Part shown: piece after piece, positions 25,201 through 32,704 of the stretch | How the letters are laid out: every line of letters starts with the position of its first letter | How positions within the stretch are numbered: the first letter of the stretch is position 1 | Position numbers and translations under genes: made by a program | NCBI GenBank assembly: GCA_948658045.1 | Contig: CAPMFN010000007.1 | Location: 16,865-80,864 of the forward strand | From: Christensenellaceae bacterium | GTDB lineage: Bacteria; Bacillota; Clostridia; Christensenellales; Borkfalkiaceae | Reading direction: 5' to 3' | DNA length: 64,000 nt | Notes under the pieces: generated by a model | Told to the model about the DNA's origin: nothing | Seen by the model: the letters and a program-made list of their open reading frames with translations, nothing else | The model's database searches: none

Positions 25201-28200
25201 TCGTTCTTATGAACGCAAATCCCGTAAGCGGAGCAGACGGAAGAACGACGGGAGGGTACACGACACCCGATAATATTCTTGACGTATTTGTTTCGGTTTC
25301 GAAAAACGGCGTAAATCCGTTAAAAATCTATGCTCCGTCGGACGAAATCCTGAATATAGTTTCGATGCTGGGTGCAACGCTCAATCTTAAAGGTCTCAAC
25401 TGTACGGATAAAGACGTTGCCGACGCAATAGGGCAGATAGCTGTTCTTTTGGACGAAATGCTTATAGACAAGTGCCTGCCCGACAGCGTTCAGGATAAAT
25501 TCGCCTCGCTCGGCGAGAGTCTGATTCCTCAGATACTCGGCGTCAGTATTCAGGATTTGCTTGACAAACTTGTTGCGGATGCGGATAAAGAAATCGATAA
25601 AGCTGAAAGCAGAAAATTCCTTTTATCGGACAAATTCGTTCAAAGCATAACTAACAGCGAAAGTAATCTTAAAATAGTTCTCAATTCTTCGCTTATTTAC
25701 GGTGTTCAGATTCCCGAGGAAGATTATATCGTAATTAATTTCAACAGGGTTTTGGACGGCGGAATTTATTACGTTGATTCGGTTAAGCTTGATAACGTCT
25801 ATTTTGGCGAAAACAACATCAACAAACTGAATATCGGCATGAACCTTGGCTACGGTGAGATAACTAAACCCGACAGCGCGACGGGGCTTAAAGGTTATTT
25901 GAACGCAAGCGGACTGGACGGTTTCCTGAATGCTTTGGTAAATGCGGCTACGCATAAAACTACGGAAGAAGAAAAAGCGCAGGGCGTCACTTCAAAATAT
26001 TCTTTAAACAAAAATTATTATATAGCTGGCGACGTAACTCTCGGATTGGGCAGTTACGCGGTCAAAGTGAACGTTAAAGGGCTTTCCATAACGATAAACG
26101 ACGACAACAGCGTTGATTTTGACGTCAGCTACCGTGTAAACAAACTTGCGCTTGCAGTAAGCGACAATACGGACGTAGACCTCTCCGTAAGAGGGGATAT
26201 GATGTATATAAGGCGCACGGTCGGCTCAAATTCGGTAACGCGCATAATGAAAGCGGAAGACTTTGCCAAGAACGCGGACGCATTAAAAGACAACCTTAAC
26301 TTTATGTTCAATTTCAGCGGACTTGTTTCCGGAATACTGAACATGTCTATAAAAGACGACAGCCTGAACAATAAGACGGAAATTGAATTCGGCGATTACG
26401 GCGATTATCTTTCAAAATTCCTTACAAAGTACGCTCATACAGTAAATTCCGAAAACAACGGCGTTTGGAGCTTGGCGCTCAACGGCGAAACTCTGGGTAA
26501 AATGGCCGGCGTAAGTTTAAGCGACGTTGCAATCGACTTCTACGCAAAACCCACGGACGAGGGTTATGTTTTGAAGAGTCTTACACTAAACGGCAGTTTG
26601 TTCGGGGTGATTTCGTTTAAAACTATCGGCGAAGGTTTGGTTCTGTGCAACCCTGCCGACAGTGATTTTAACGGCGAATGGATGTCGGTTGACCTTAAAG
26701 ACAAGGACAATAAAAACGTAATAATAACCGTGGATAAAAAGCTTACTCACGACCTTTCGGGCGATAGCGCCTGCGGTGTAAACGGCTATTCCTGGTCTGA
26801 AATTTTGGGCGGCGAAACTTTCGGCGAAATTGAAAAGCATGTTGATTGGCGGCGTATTCTTTCAGACCTCGGCAAAGGGTACTTAGAATATTCGGACGGT
26901 TGCAGCCTTGGCGTGACTGTGCTGAAATACGAGTATCCTGTCGGAGGCGGCTTTGAGGAATTCGGGCAGAGACAGCTTGTTATATATAATAGGAATAACT
27001 CTTCGGCTGTTTACAGTTATTTAAGTAAACCCTCGTTGAGCGAAATTCCCAAAATCGAAAACAAGACGGCAGTTTGGTCGAAATCATATATATCGGGGGA
27101 TGACGGCAGTATAATTCTCCGCGTCGTATACGAAACGACTTATAAAGTCACCGTGTTTAGCGACTATAAAACAAATTCCGATTACATATATTCCGACGGT
27201 GTTTACAGCTTTGTAGAACCCGAAGCATACGGCAGTGTTCTTCTTCCGAAAGATGTTCTTATTACGCAGACGGAAAGCGGCAACGTTTACAGGCTTAAAG
27301 GTTATCGTCTGGGAAGCGATTCCGCGCTTTACGCTTTCGGCTCTACCGAGATGGACGCAAACGGCAACGAGTATTTTGTTGCGCAGGTAAACGGCGATAT
27401 GATTTTTACCGCTGTTTGGGAGCGCGTATATGCTGTAAAGTTTGTAAGCGAAACGGACGGAACGGAGAGTGTTGTTACAAATTACTATTATTGCGGCGAA
27501 ACGCTTACTGACAGCAATATGCCCGAAGTGCCCGTCCGTAACGGTTATACGGGCAGTTGGGGCGGCGCGGCAGGCGTTGTTATAGCTGAGGATACGGAAT
27601 ACGTTTTCAAAGCTGAATATGAAATCAGAACTTATAGCATTACTCTTTCAAGCAAGCTTGAAGTAACGGACGCAGGCTTTATACAAACTGACGGCGGAAA
27701 TTACGAGTATTCTGCGGAGTATGTATTCGGCGACAGCGTAAAACTCACCGCGCCTGTATGCGTGTCTTCTGCCTATAAGTTCGGCGGTTATTATTCAAAC
27801 GCCGATTTCGCGGGTGAGGCTGTTACTGAATTAGTTGCGGAAAATAACGTAACATACTACGCTAAATGGCTGGGTAAAAATATTACGGTAAATTATATAA
27901 GCGACGTCGAATTGGCAGACGGAAAGCAGACTGTCGAAAACGGAGAAACCGTTTACGTTCCTTCGGGTTCAACCGTGTGGACTTACGGTAAAAACGACTC
28001 TTTGTTAATACCTGAGGGTGCGGAAACGGATAAATCTTTCCTCGGCTGGTTTATGCAGGACGGCGCAAATTATAAATATTGCGCGTCAGCCGAAGATATA
28101 AAGAACCTTTTAGAAACAAACGGAATAGAGGAGGACAGCACCTCAATAACCCTTAGGGCTGTTTGGTATGTCAACGCGGTTTCCGGCGAAATTACATACA

Positions 28201-28553
28201 ATTCTTATAAATATAAAAATCTTTTCAGAAAAGAATGGAAAATAGAGGGATATGTTAATTCGCCTTTTGTCGGGAAGAGCGCCGAGATTGTAAACGCGTG
28301 CGATGCTGTTTCGGTAAGCGTTCAGCTTAAATACGGTATTTCGCAGGACGGCGTTTCGCTTAAAAGCGATTTGAACTATAACAAATGGGAAAACGCCAAT
28401 GCAGACGGTACGTTTGCTAAAACGGTAAGTTCTACAAACGGCACGGATAAAGGTAGCTATTCTGGCGGAGAAGTTAAAGTTTCAATATCGCTGAACGGCG
28501 TGGGCGCGGCGGAATTGAACGGCGGCTTGTGGAAACAATACGAAATATTATAA
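22206..28553 (+). CDS. giant (2115 aa) N-terminally membrane-anchored surface repeat protein with C-terminal Listeria-Bacteroides-type repeats
   Basis: A basic ~70-aa N-terminus is followed by a single TM (AVASLVAVAGVAAVGVGFFA). There are 3-4 tandem ~170-aa repeats, and C-terminal repeats ending in GYTGSWGG, FGGYY..YYAKW and FLGWF. Confidence 0.8.
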   Translation: MTKRKTTENGSDKELQIVKTAGYKVTKRVKKDKTVNRRAGLKIKNKNQDGAATVKRRKPLALKHVRRMRKAGAVASLVAVAGVAAVGVGFFAPKVDTELDKDFQTVCYEVPADAGLPTDHTLIENVGYMNYVLQNQQYWSSEMFSTVHAMGFTQTVETYKQYYEDILISADIAKGFSQKATQFCVTDEVILWRASANTNFDKMNTPWSSGDAQGMTLNNFKKKRGFPPSEFSVYVLNESTVKNAQDYTVTDNGDGTYSMKLDLYCNTGVDETCADYYYKLQMKVTGDLYDCPVIESTSVTYTFDSDWRVLSFKIEDKYVAPIAMGVNIGCSSETSVTFDYGEKNAANSFWNDYFKAQYDRLKDTLTDGGNDAEENTDNALGYLAGAFTSVLTEGAIFKLDLSFDELSLDGVVCIDMDGDGMGVTAKLGDILVWLGDGNTLYINDGVSKYKLCLDGLGSSGSDAQGLGDAFSVTDIMDQLTAGVFTVDEATGIATLQSELDLFGIKISLFFEFGADENGIALNYVDAEIHVGDKTVKARLAFGEEKDRPVTDSDLSAYTDILNDGVSFNVNLKSGEFNLTGIAKIYLDNGKFTGMYVQLGDIAVFYDCPLNMLYFTEGSVRYKLDLNAVSAGSNGGANLSSVLDKLNISSVLKEVISNLAANKDGVISTGFALNIEQLKTALDAEVGLKIKGGLGVDLSLNLDGKEVSFSAGLTNEQVALPDFTQYDDILNSEISVDLKLTLLTNNDKDKVDLQGKATVCLSDGKLSEIRADFGGLAVYYEVSSETFYIKLGQTKVMVDLGKLQSVSSQTALLTADKNIIAEDIPAILSDLLKNLVTESKLISSNTNLTVLDAVIPLSASVSLDGGLKVNAEAVLLGINVNADLSFSQTSVQPLGEEDKAEYINVLEEADKLLNSIIGDRISANVSGTLYSYDSEKYANYGYVKYNFEALLEFERPEISDEVGSAEEVLEQITSDDSLYIHLNISLNAKSPEDDSLYFDFVLMNANPVSGADGRTTGGYTTPDNILDVFVSVSKNGVNPLKIYAPSDEILNIVSMLGATLNLKGLNCTDKDVADAIGQIAVLLDEMLIDKCLPDSVQDKFASLGESLIPQILGVSIQDLLDKLVADADKEIDKAESRKFLLSDKFVQSITNSESNLKIVLNSSLIYGVQIPEEDYIVINFNRVLDGGIYYVDSVKLDNVYFGENNINKLNIGMNLGYGEITKPDSATGLKGYLNASGLDGFLNALVNAATHKTTEEEKAQGVTSKYSLNKNYYIAGDVTLGLGSYAVKVNVKGLSITINDDNSVDFDVSYRVNKLALAVSDNTDVDLSVRGDMMYIRRTVGSNSVTRIMKAEDFAKNADALKDNLNFMFNFSGLVSGILNMSIKDDSLNNKTEIEFGDYGDYLSKFLTKYAHTVNSENNGVWSLALNGETLGKMAGVSLSDVAIDFYAKPTDEGYVLKSLTLNGSLFGVISFKTIGEGLVLCNPADSDFNGEWMSVDLKDKDNKNVIITVDKKLTHDLSGDSACGVNGYSWSEILGGETFGEIEKHVDWRRILSDLGKGYLEYSDGCSLGVTVLKYEYPVGGGFEEFGQRQLVIYNRNNSSAVYSYLSKPSLSEIPKIENKTAVWSKSYISGDDGSIILRVVYETTYKVTVFSDYKTNSDYIYSDGVYSFVEPEAYGSVLLPKDVLITQTESGNVYRLKGYRLGSDSALYAFGSTEMDANGNEYFVAQVNGDMIFTAVWERVYAVKFVSETDGTESVVTNYYYCGETLTDSNMPEVPVRNGYTGSWGGAAGVVIAEDTEYVFKAEYEIRTYSITLSSKLEVTDAGFIQTDGGNYEYSAEYVFGDSVKLTAPVCVSSAYKFGGYYSNADFAGEAVTELVAENNVTYYAKWLGKNITVNYISDVELADGKQTVENGETVYVPSGSTVWTYGKNDSLLIPEGAETDKSFLGWFMQDGANYKYCASAEDIKNLLETNGIEEDSTSITLRAVWYVNAVSGEITYNSYKYKNLFRKEWKIEGYVNSPFVGKSAEIVNACDAVSVSVQLKYGISQDGVSLKSDLNYNKWENANADGTFAKTVSSTNGTDKGSYSGGEVKVSISLNGVGAAELNGGLWKQYEIL

Positions 28554-28556
28554 ATT

Positions 28557-28584
28557 AAAGCGCGGCTTTATTCCGCGCTTTTTC
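28557..28584 (+). terminator. intrinsic terminator of giant gene
   Basis: AAGCGCGG-CTTTATT-CCGCGCTT followed by TTT. Confidence 0.65.
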
Positions 28585-28670
28585 ATACTTCAAAATGCGT
28601 TGTAAATCGCTTGTAATTTGTTGTGTAATTTGTTATAATTTATTTCGTTATACATTTACGGAGATTTTTT

Positions 28671-29150
28671 ATGAGCCAGGAAGTTCAGACAGAAGAAAGG
28701 GTTGAAACCGAAGCCGTCGCGCAGGAAACTGCAAAAACCGAAAAAAGCGGCAGAAAATCGGTTGATATTTTGATGGTTGCTTTAAACTCTATCAGTGCTG
28801 TTTTGCTGTTTATAATTACGGGCATACCCGTGCTGTTATTGGCGCTTGCAAAATTCTTTGAAGATTTTCATAACCCTTTTTATGTTTCGGAAAGAAGGGG
28901 TTTAAACGGCAAAAATTTCAGATATTTTAAAATACGCACTATGTGTATTCATGCCGACGAGTTGGAAAAACAGCTTATCAACGCAGGTCTTAACGAGTCT
29001 GACCCCCCTAAGTTCAGAATGGAAAACGACCCCAGAATAACTTGGCTCGGCGAGCGTTACAGGCATTACAGGTTGGACAGATTGCCTGCGCTTATGAATG
29101 TAATTGCCGGGCAGCTTTCTTTGGCTGATGTTTTCAGAAAAAGAAAATAA
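28671..29150 (+). pseudogene. truncated, probably inactive monotopic phosphoglycosyl (bacterial sugar) transferase
   Basis: PFYVSERRGLNGKNFRYFKIRTM and DPRITWLG match the family. The usual LDELPQ reads LDRLPA, and the ORF stops right after QLSL, where family members continue with VGPRP... Confidence 0.55.
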
Positions 29151-29212
29151 AAAGTTAAATTCGGCTCGCCTTTCCCGAGTTTGTATGAGGAATTTTAGGT
29201 TAAGCCGTATAC

Positions 29213-29250
29213 AAAAAACGCTCTTGAACACATCGTTCAAGAGCGTTTTA
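29213..29250. terminator. bidirectional terminator
   Basis: AAAAAA-CGCTCTTGAAC-ACATC-GTTCAAGAGCG-TTTT. Confidence 0.7.
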
Positions 29251-29328
29251 ACTTTGTTATAAAATTCACTTTAAAATTTAAGTTTCTAATCTTTATGAAA
29301 ATGTATTTTCAAGTCGAGCATATATAAT

Positions 29329-30699
29329 TCAGTCTTTGAAAAGATTTTTTATCATTGTATTGACGTAAAGTATCGGTACGACAGTTATTTTATCGGTATA
29401 TTTTATGACCGATTTCATATTTTTTGCAGGTATAAGAACTTTTTTGAAGCCCATTTTTACGCATTCCGCAACTCTTTTTTCGCAGTATGACACTGCGCGG
29501 ACTTCGCCTGTCAAACCGACTTCGCCGAAAACCGCGGTGTACTTGTCAATAGGTTTGCCCAAATATGCGGAAGCAAGGGCTGAGCATACCGCCAAATCGC
29601 ACGCAGGTTCGTTGAGTTTAATTCCGCCCATTGCGTTGACGTAAACGTCATAGGTGCCGAAAGCAAGTCCGCACCGCTTTTCAAGTACGGCAAGCAATAA
29701 AACAAGTTTGTTGTAATCTATTCCTAAGGGCATACGCCGCGGTTGACCAAACGTGGTTTTTGCAACCAGCGTCTGTATTTCTACGTTCATACATCTTGCG
29801 CCCGTTTGTGCAGGGGTCACGGCGGAACCTGCCTCTTCGCCGCGGCTCTCCGAAAGGAAAACGCCTGAATAGTCGGTAACGGCAATTATACCCTCGCCGG
29901 TCATTTCGAAAACTCCTACTTCGGCGACGTTTCCGAACCTGTTTTTTACGGCGCGCAATATTCTGAAATTTTCCTGATTTTCTCCCTCGAAGTAGAGCAC
30001 GGTATCCATAATATGCTCCAAAACTTTGGGCCCGGCCAACGCGCCTTCTTTTGTGACGTGACCCACAATAAAGAAAGTTATTCCGCGGCTTTTTGCAATA
30101 CGCATAAGTTTTGTCGCGCACTCTCTGACTTGTCCCACCGAGCCTGAAGAGGAGGATAAATCGTCTGTATATACGGCTTGAATACTGTCGATTACGCAGA
30201 ATTCAACTCCATCAAGCTCGCTTTCAAGCCCGTCAATGCAGGTTTCGTTTAAAATTAGCATATTGTCGGAGGAGAGGTTTAGCCTTTGCGTGCGCATTTT
30301 CAGTTGCGAACAGCTCTCTTCGGCTGAAAGATACAGTACTTTTTTGCTTTGCGAAAGATGTGCCGCAATCTGCGTTAATAAGGTAGATTTGCCTATTCCA
30401 GGGTCTCCGCCCAGAAGGATAAGCGAGCCAGCGACGATTCCGCCGCCAAGTACGTTGTCGAATTCCGAAATGCCCGACGGGGTGCGGTCGTATTTCTCGT
30501 AAGAGATTTGCGAAAGAGGTTTCGCCCGTCCGCCGGTGAACTGCTTTACGGCGTTTTTCTGTTGTTGCACAGGCGCGGTTATTTCTTCAACCATTGTATT
30601 GAATTTTCCGCAGGCAGGGCACCTGCCGAGCCATTTCGGGCTTGTTGCGCCGCATTCCGAGCAGACGAATTCAGTTGTAGCTTTTGTCTGTTTTGCCAT
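29329..30699 (-). CDS. radA: DNA repair protein RadA/Sms
   Basis: An N-terminal zinc finger (CSECG..CPACG), Walker A GDPGIGKST, KNRFG, and a Lon-like C-terminal domain. Confidence 0.95.
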   Translation of the reverse strand: MAKQTKATTEFVCSECGATSPKWLGRCPACGKFNTMVEEITAPVQQQKNAVKQFTGGRAKPLSQISYEKYDRTPSGISEFDNVLGGGIVAGSLILLGGDPGIGKSTLLTQIAAHLSQSKKVLYLSAEESCSQLKMRTQRLNLSSDNMLILNETCIDGLESELDGVEFCVIDSIQAVYTDDLSSSSGSVGQVRECATKLMRIAKSRGITFFIVGHVTKEGALAGPKVLEHIMDTVLYFEGENQENFRILRAVKNRFGNVAEVGVFEMTGEGIIAVTDYSGVFLSESRGEEAGSAVTPAQTGARCMNVEIQTLVAKTTFGQPRRMPLGIDYNKLVLLLAVLEKRCGLAFGTYDVYVNAMGGIKLNEPACDLAVCSALASAYLGKPIDKYTAVFGEVGLTGEVRAVSYCEKRVAECVKMGFKKVLIPAKNMKSVIKYTDKITVVPILYVNTMIKNLFKD

Positions 30700-30772
30700 A
30701 TCTTTGCCTTTTAATTAAAATTCCTGAAAGGGGGAGGGGGTTGCCGTCCGCGCTATATTTTCGTGTTGGGTT

Positions 30773-31921
30773 TTATTCGTCTGCCTTTTTCAAGGTAACT
30801 GCGGCGTAGGCGCAAATGCCCAATTGCTCGCCAACGAATCCCAGCCCCTCGCAGGTGCCTGCGCTTATTGCTGTCGCGGAGGCGTCTATTCCTAAAATTC
30901 CGACGATATTTTCTTTCATATTATTAATATAAGGCGCAAGTTTAGGTTTTTCCGTCTGAACCGTAACAGAAACGTTTTCCGCTTTAAAACCTTGTTTTGT
31001 GCTGATTTCAACAACTTTTTTCAAAAGCTGTTTGCTGTCGGCGCCTTTATATTTTTCGTCCGTGTCAGGGAAATAGTGACCTATGTCTTTAAGCCCTGCG
31101 GCGGATAAAAGCGCGTCCATCACCGCATGGATAACAACGTCTCCGTCGCTGTGCGCGGCGAGCGAACGGCAGAAGGGTATTTTAACTCCGCCCAAAGTAA
31201 CTTCGCTACCTTCGCAAAAAGCGTGTACGTCCGCGCCGAAACCGACGCGCGCGTCCTTTCCACTGATAAGCGTATTGATTTCTCTGTTAAAATCTTCTTT
31301 ATAAGTCAGCTTTATGTTTTGTCTTTCGCCCTCAATAAGTCTCGGCGGCGCAATAAATTCTCCGTATACGGCGCTGTCGTCAGTATATTCTTTGCCGTTT
31401 GAAAGCTCGTAGGCGCGCGCAATATCTTCGGTATAAAAACCCTGCGGAGTTTGCACGCAGAAAGTTGTATCCCTGTCAAGTCTGTCGGTAATTTCGCCTA
31501 ACTGTCCGCATACCGCAGTGTCTGTGAATTTTACTGCGCAAACCGCGCTGCCGAACCTTTTAACCGAATCGATGCAGTTTAAAATAAGCTGTCGGGAGAG
31601 GAAGGGGCGTGCCCCGTCGTGTATCAGAACAATTTCGCCCGTAACTTTTTCAAGGGCGTTTTTCACGCTTTGGGTGCGCGTTTCGCCGCCGCGTACAATT
31701 GTGCAGGCGAAAGGTCTGCAAACTGCCGAAATTTCTTTTTCGTCTCTTGCGGAAACAGTTACGATTATTTCGTCAATTTCTTTTACTGCAAATTTTTTTA
31801 AAGTATGATAAAGCGCAGGCGCGCCGTAAAGGGGGGCAAGCAGTTTGTTTTTGCCGAACCCTGCCCGTTCGCCTTTGCCTGCCGCGCAAATTATTACGCT
31901 GACTTTGCCTTTCACATACAT
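30773..31921 (-). CDS. ispDF: bifunctional IspD/IspF (MEP cytidylyltransferase / MEcPP synthase)
   Basis: The N-terminal half has AAGKGERAG. The C-terminal half has GFGADVHAF and HSDGDVVIHAVMDALL. Confidence 0.9.
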   Translation of the reverse strand: MYVKGKVSVIICAAGKGERAGFGKNKLLAPLYGAPALYHTLKKFAVKEIDEIIVTVSARDEKEISAVCRPFACTIVRGGETRTQSVKNALEKVTGEIVLIHDGARPFLSRQLILNCIDSVKRFGSAVCAVKFTDTAVCGQLGEITDRLDRDTTFCVQTPQGFYTEDIARAYELSNGKEYTDDSAVYGEFIAPPRLIEGERQNIKLTYKEDFNREINTLISGKDARVGFGADVHAFCEGSEVTLGGVKIPFCRSLAAHSDGDVVIHAVMDALLSAAGLKDIGHYFPDTDEKYKGADSKQLLKKVVEISTKQGFKAENVSVTVQTEKPKLAPYINNMKENIVGILGIDASATAISAGTCEGLGFVGEQLGICAYAAVTLKKADE

Positions 31922-31935
31922 TGTAAATTTCCGCC

Positions 31936-32178
31936 TTATTCCATTATTTCGTACAGGGAGACGGCTTCGTCTTTTTTAACCGTCTCTTTAATCTGTAAAA
32001 TTCTGAATTTAACCGCGCCGCCCGTGAATTGCAGTTCTACGATATCGTCGGGCTTTATGCGGTGAGCTGGTTTTACCTCTTTGCCGTTGACGTAAACTTT
32101 ACCCTTATCGCAAGCCTGTTGCGCAAGCGTGCGCCTTTTTAAAATTCTTGATACCTTTAAAAATTTATCGATACGCAT
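31936..32178 (-). CDS. RNA-binding S4-domain protein (YabO/Hsp15-like)
   Basis: MRIDKFLKVSRILKRRTLAQQACDKGKVYVNGK..., 80 aa. Confidence 0.8.
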   Translation of the reverse strand: MRIDKFLKVSRILKRRTLAQQACDKGKVYVNGKEVKPAHRIKPDDIVELQFTGGAVKFRILQIKETVKKDEAVSLYEIME

Positions 32179-32276
32179 AAAAACCTTTTATAAATTAACT
32201 TTTTTAATACCGTCGGCGCGATGTAAGAAATTTCTGTAAATACTATGAAACAGAATTTTTTATGTCTTTTGATTAT

Positions 32277-32409
32277 TTGACGCGCCGCAAGCGTTTTTCG
32301 ACCAAGGCAATAAAGAGAAATTGTCTATGTTTTTAAAAATGCTTGACGTACCGCAAGCGTTTTTTGACCAAGGCAAATAAATAGAAATTATTTACATCTT
32401 TAAAAACGC
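32277..32409 (+). repeat. tandem direct repeat (66 + 67 bp) upstream of rpoB, each unit starting TTGACG
   Basis: Unit 1 (32277-32342) and unit 2 (32343-32409) align almost throughout (TTGACG..CCGCAAGCGTTTTT..GACCAAGGCAA..TAAA.AGAAATT). A third TTGAC starts at 32410. Confidence 0.8.
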
Positions 32410-32438
32410 TTGACTGCCTTGAAAATTTGTTGTACACT
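32410..32438 (+). promoter_or_regulatory. candidate rpoBC promoter
   Basis: TTGACT (32410-32415), a 17-nt spacer, then TACACT (32433-32438). This would leave a ~260-nt leader. Confidence 0.35.
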
Positions 32439-32704
32439 AATAAACTGAACTAAAATGCAGTTTTTGCGCAAAAATGCAGAATTTGGCAAGCTTTTAACAC
32501 CAAAAACCGACGTTTTTCAGGCAAAAACGCCCTCAAATTGCTATATAAGTATACAACTTATTTAATTATTTGTAAAGGGCAGACTGCATAAAAATTATTT
32601 TTTTGAAATGTATTCGATTTTTTCCGGTGAAAAGATATATACGGATAATCGCCTATATGTGAAATATTATCAAGGCTTAAAAGCCAAAAAAGGAGTTCGT
32701 TTTA

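Noticed and set aside
32277-32409. Whether the tandem 66-bp repeats are a mini CRISPR array.
   Set aside because: There are only two directly abutting units with no spacers, no cas genes, and no palindromic repeat structure.
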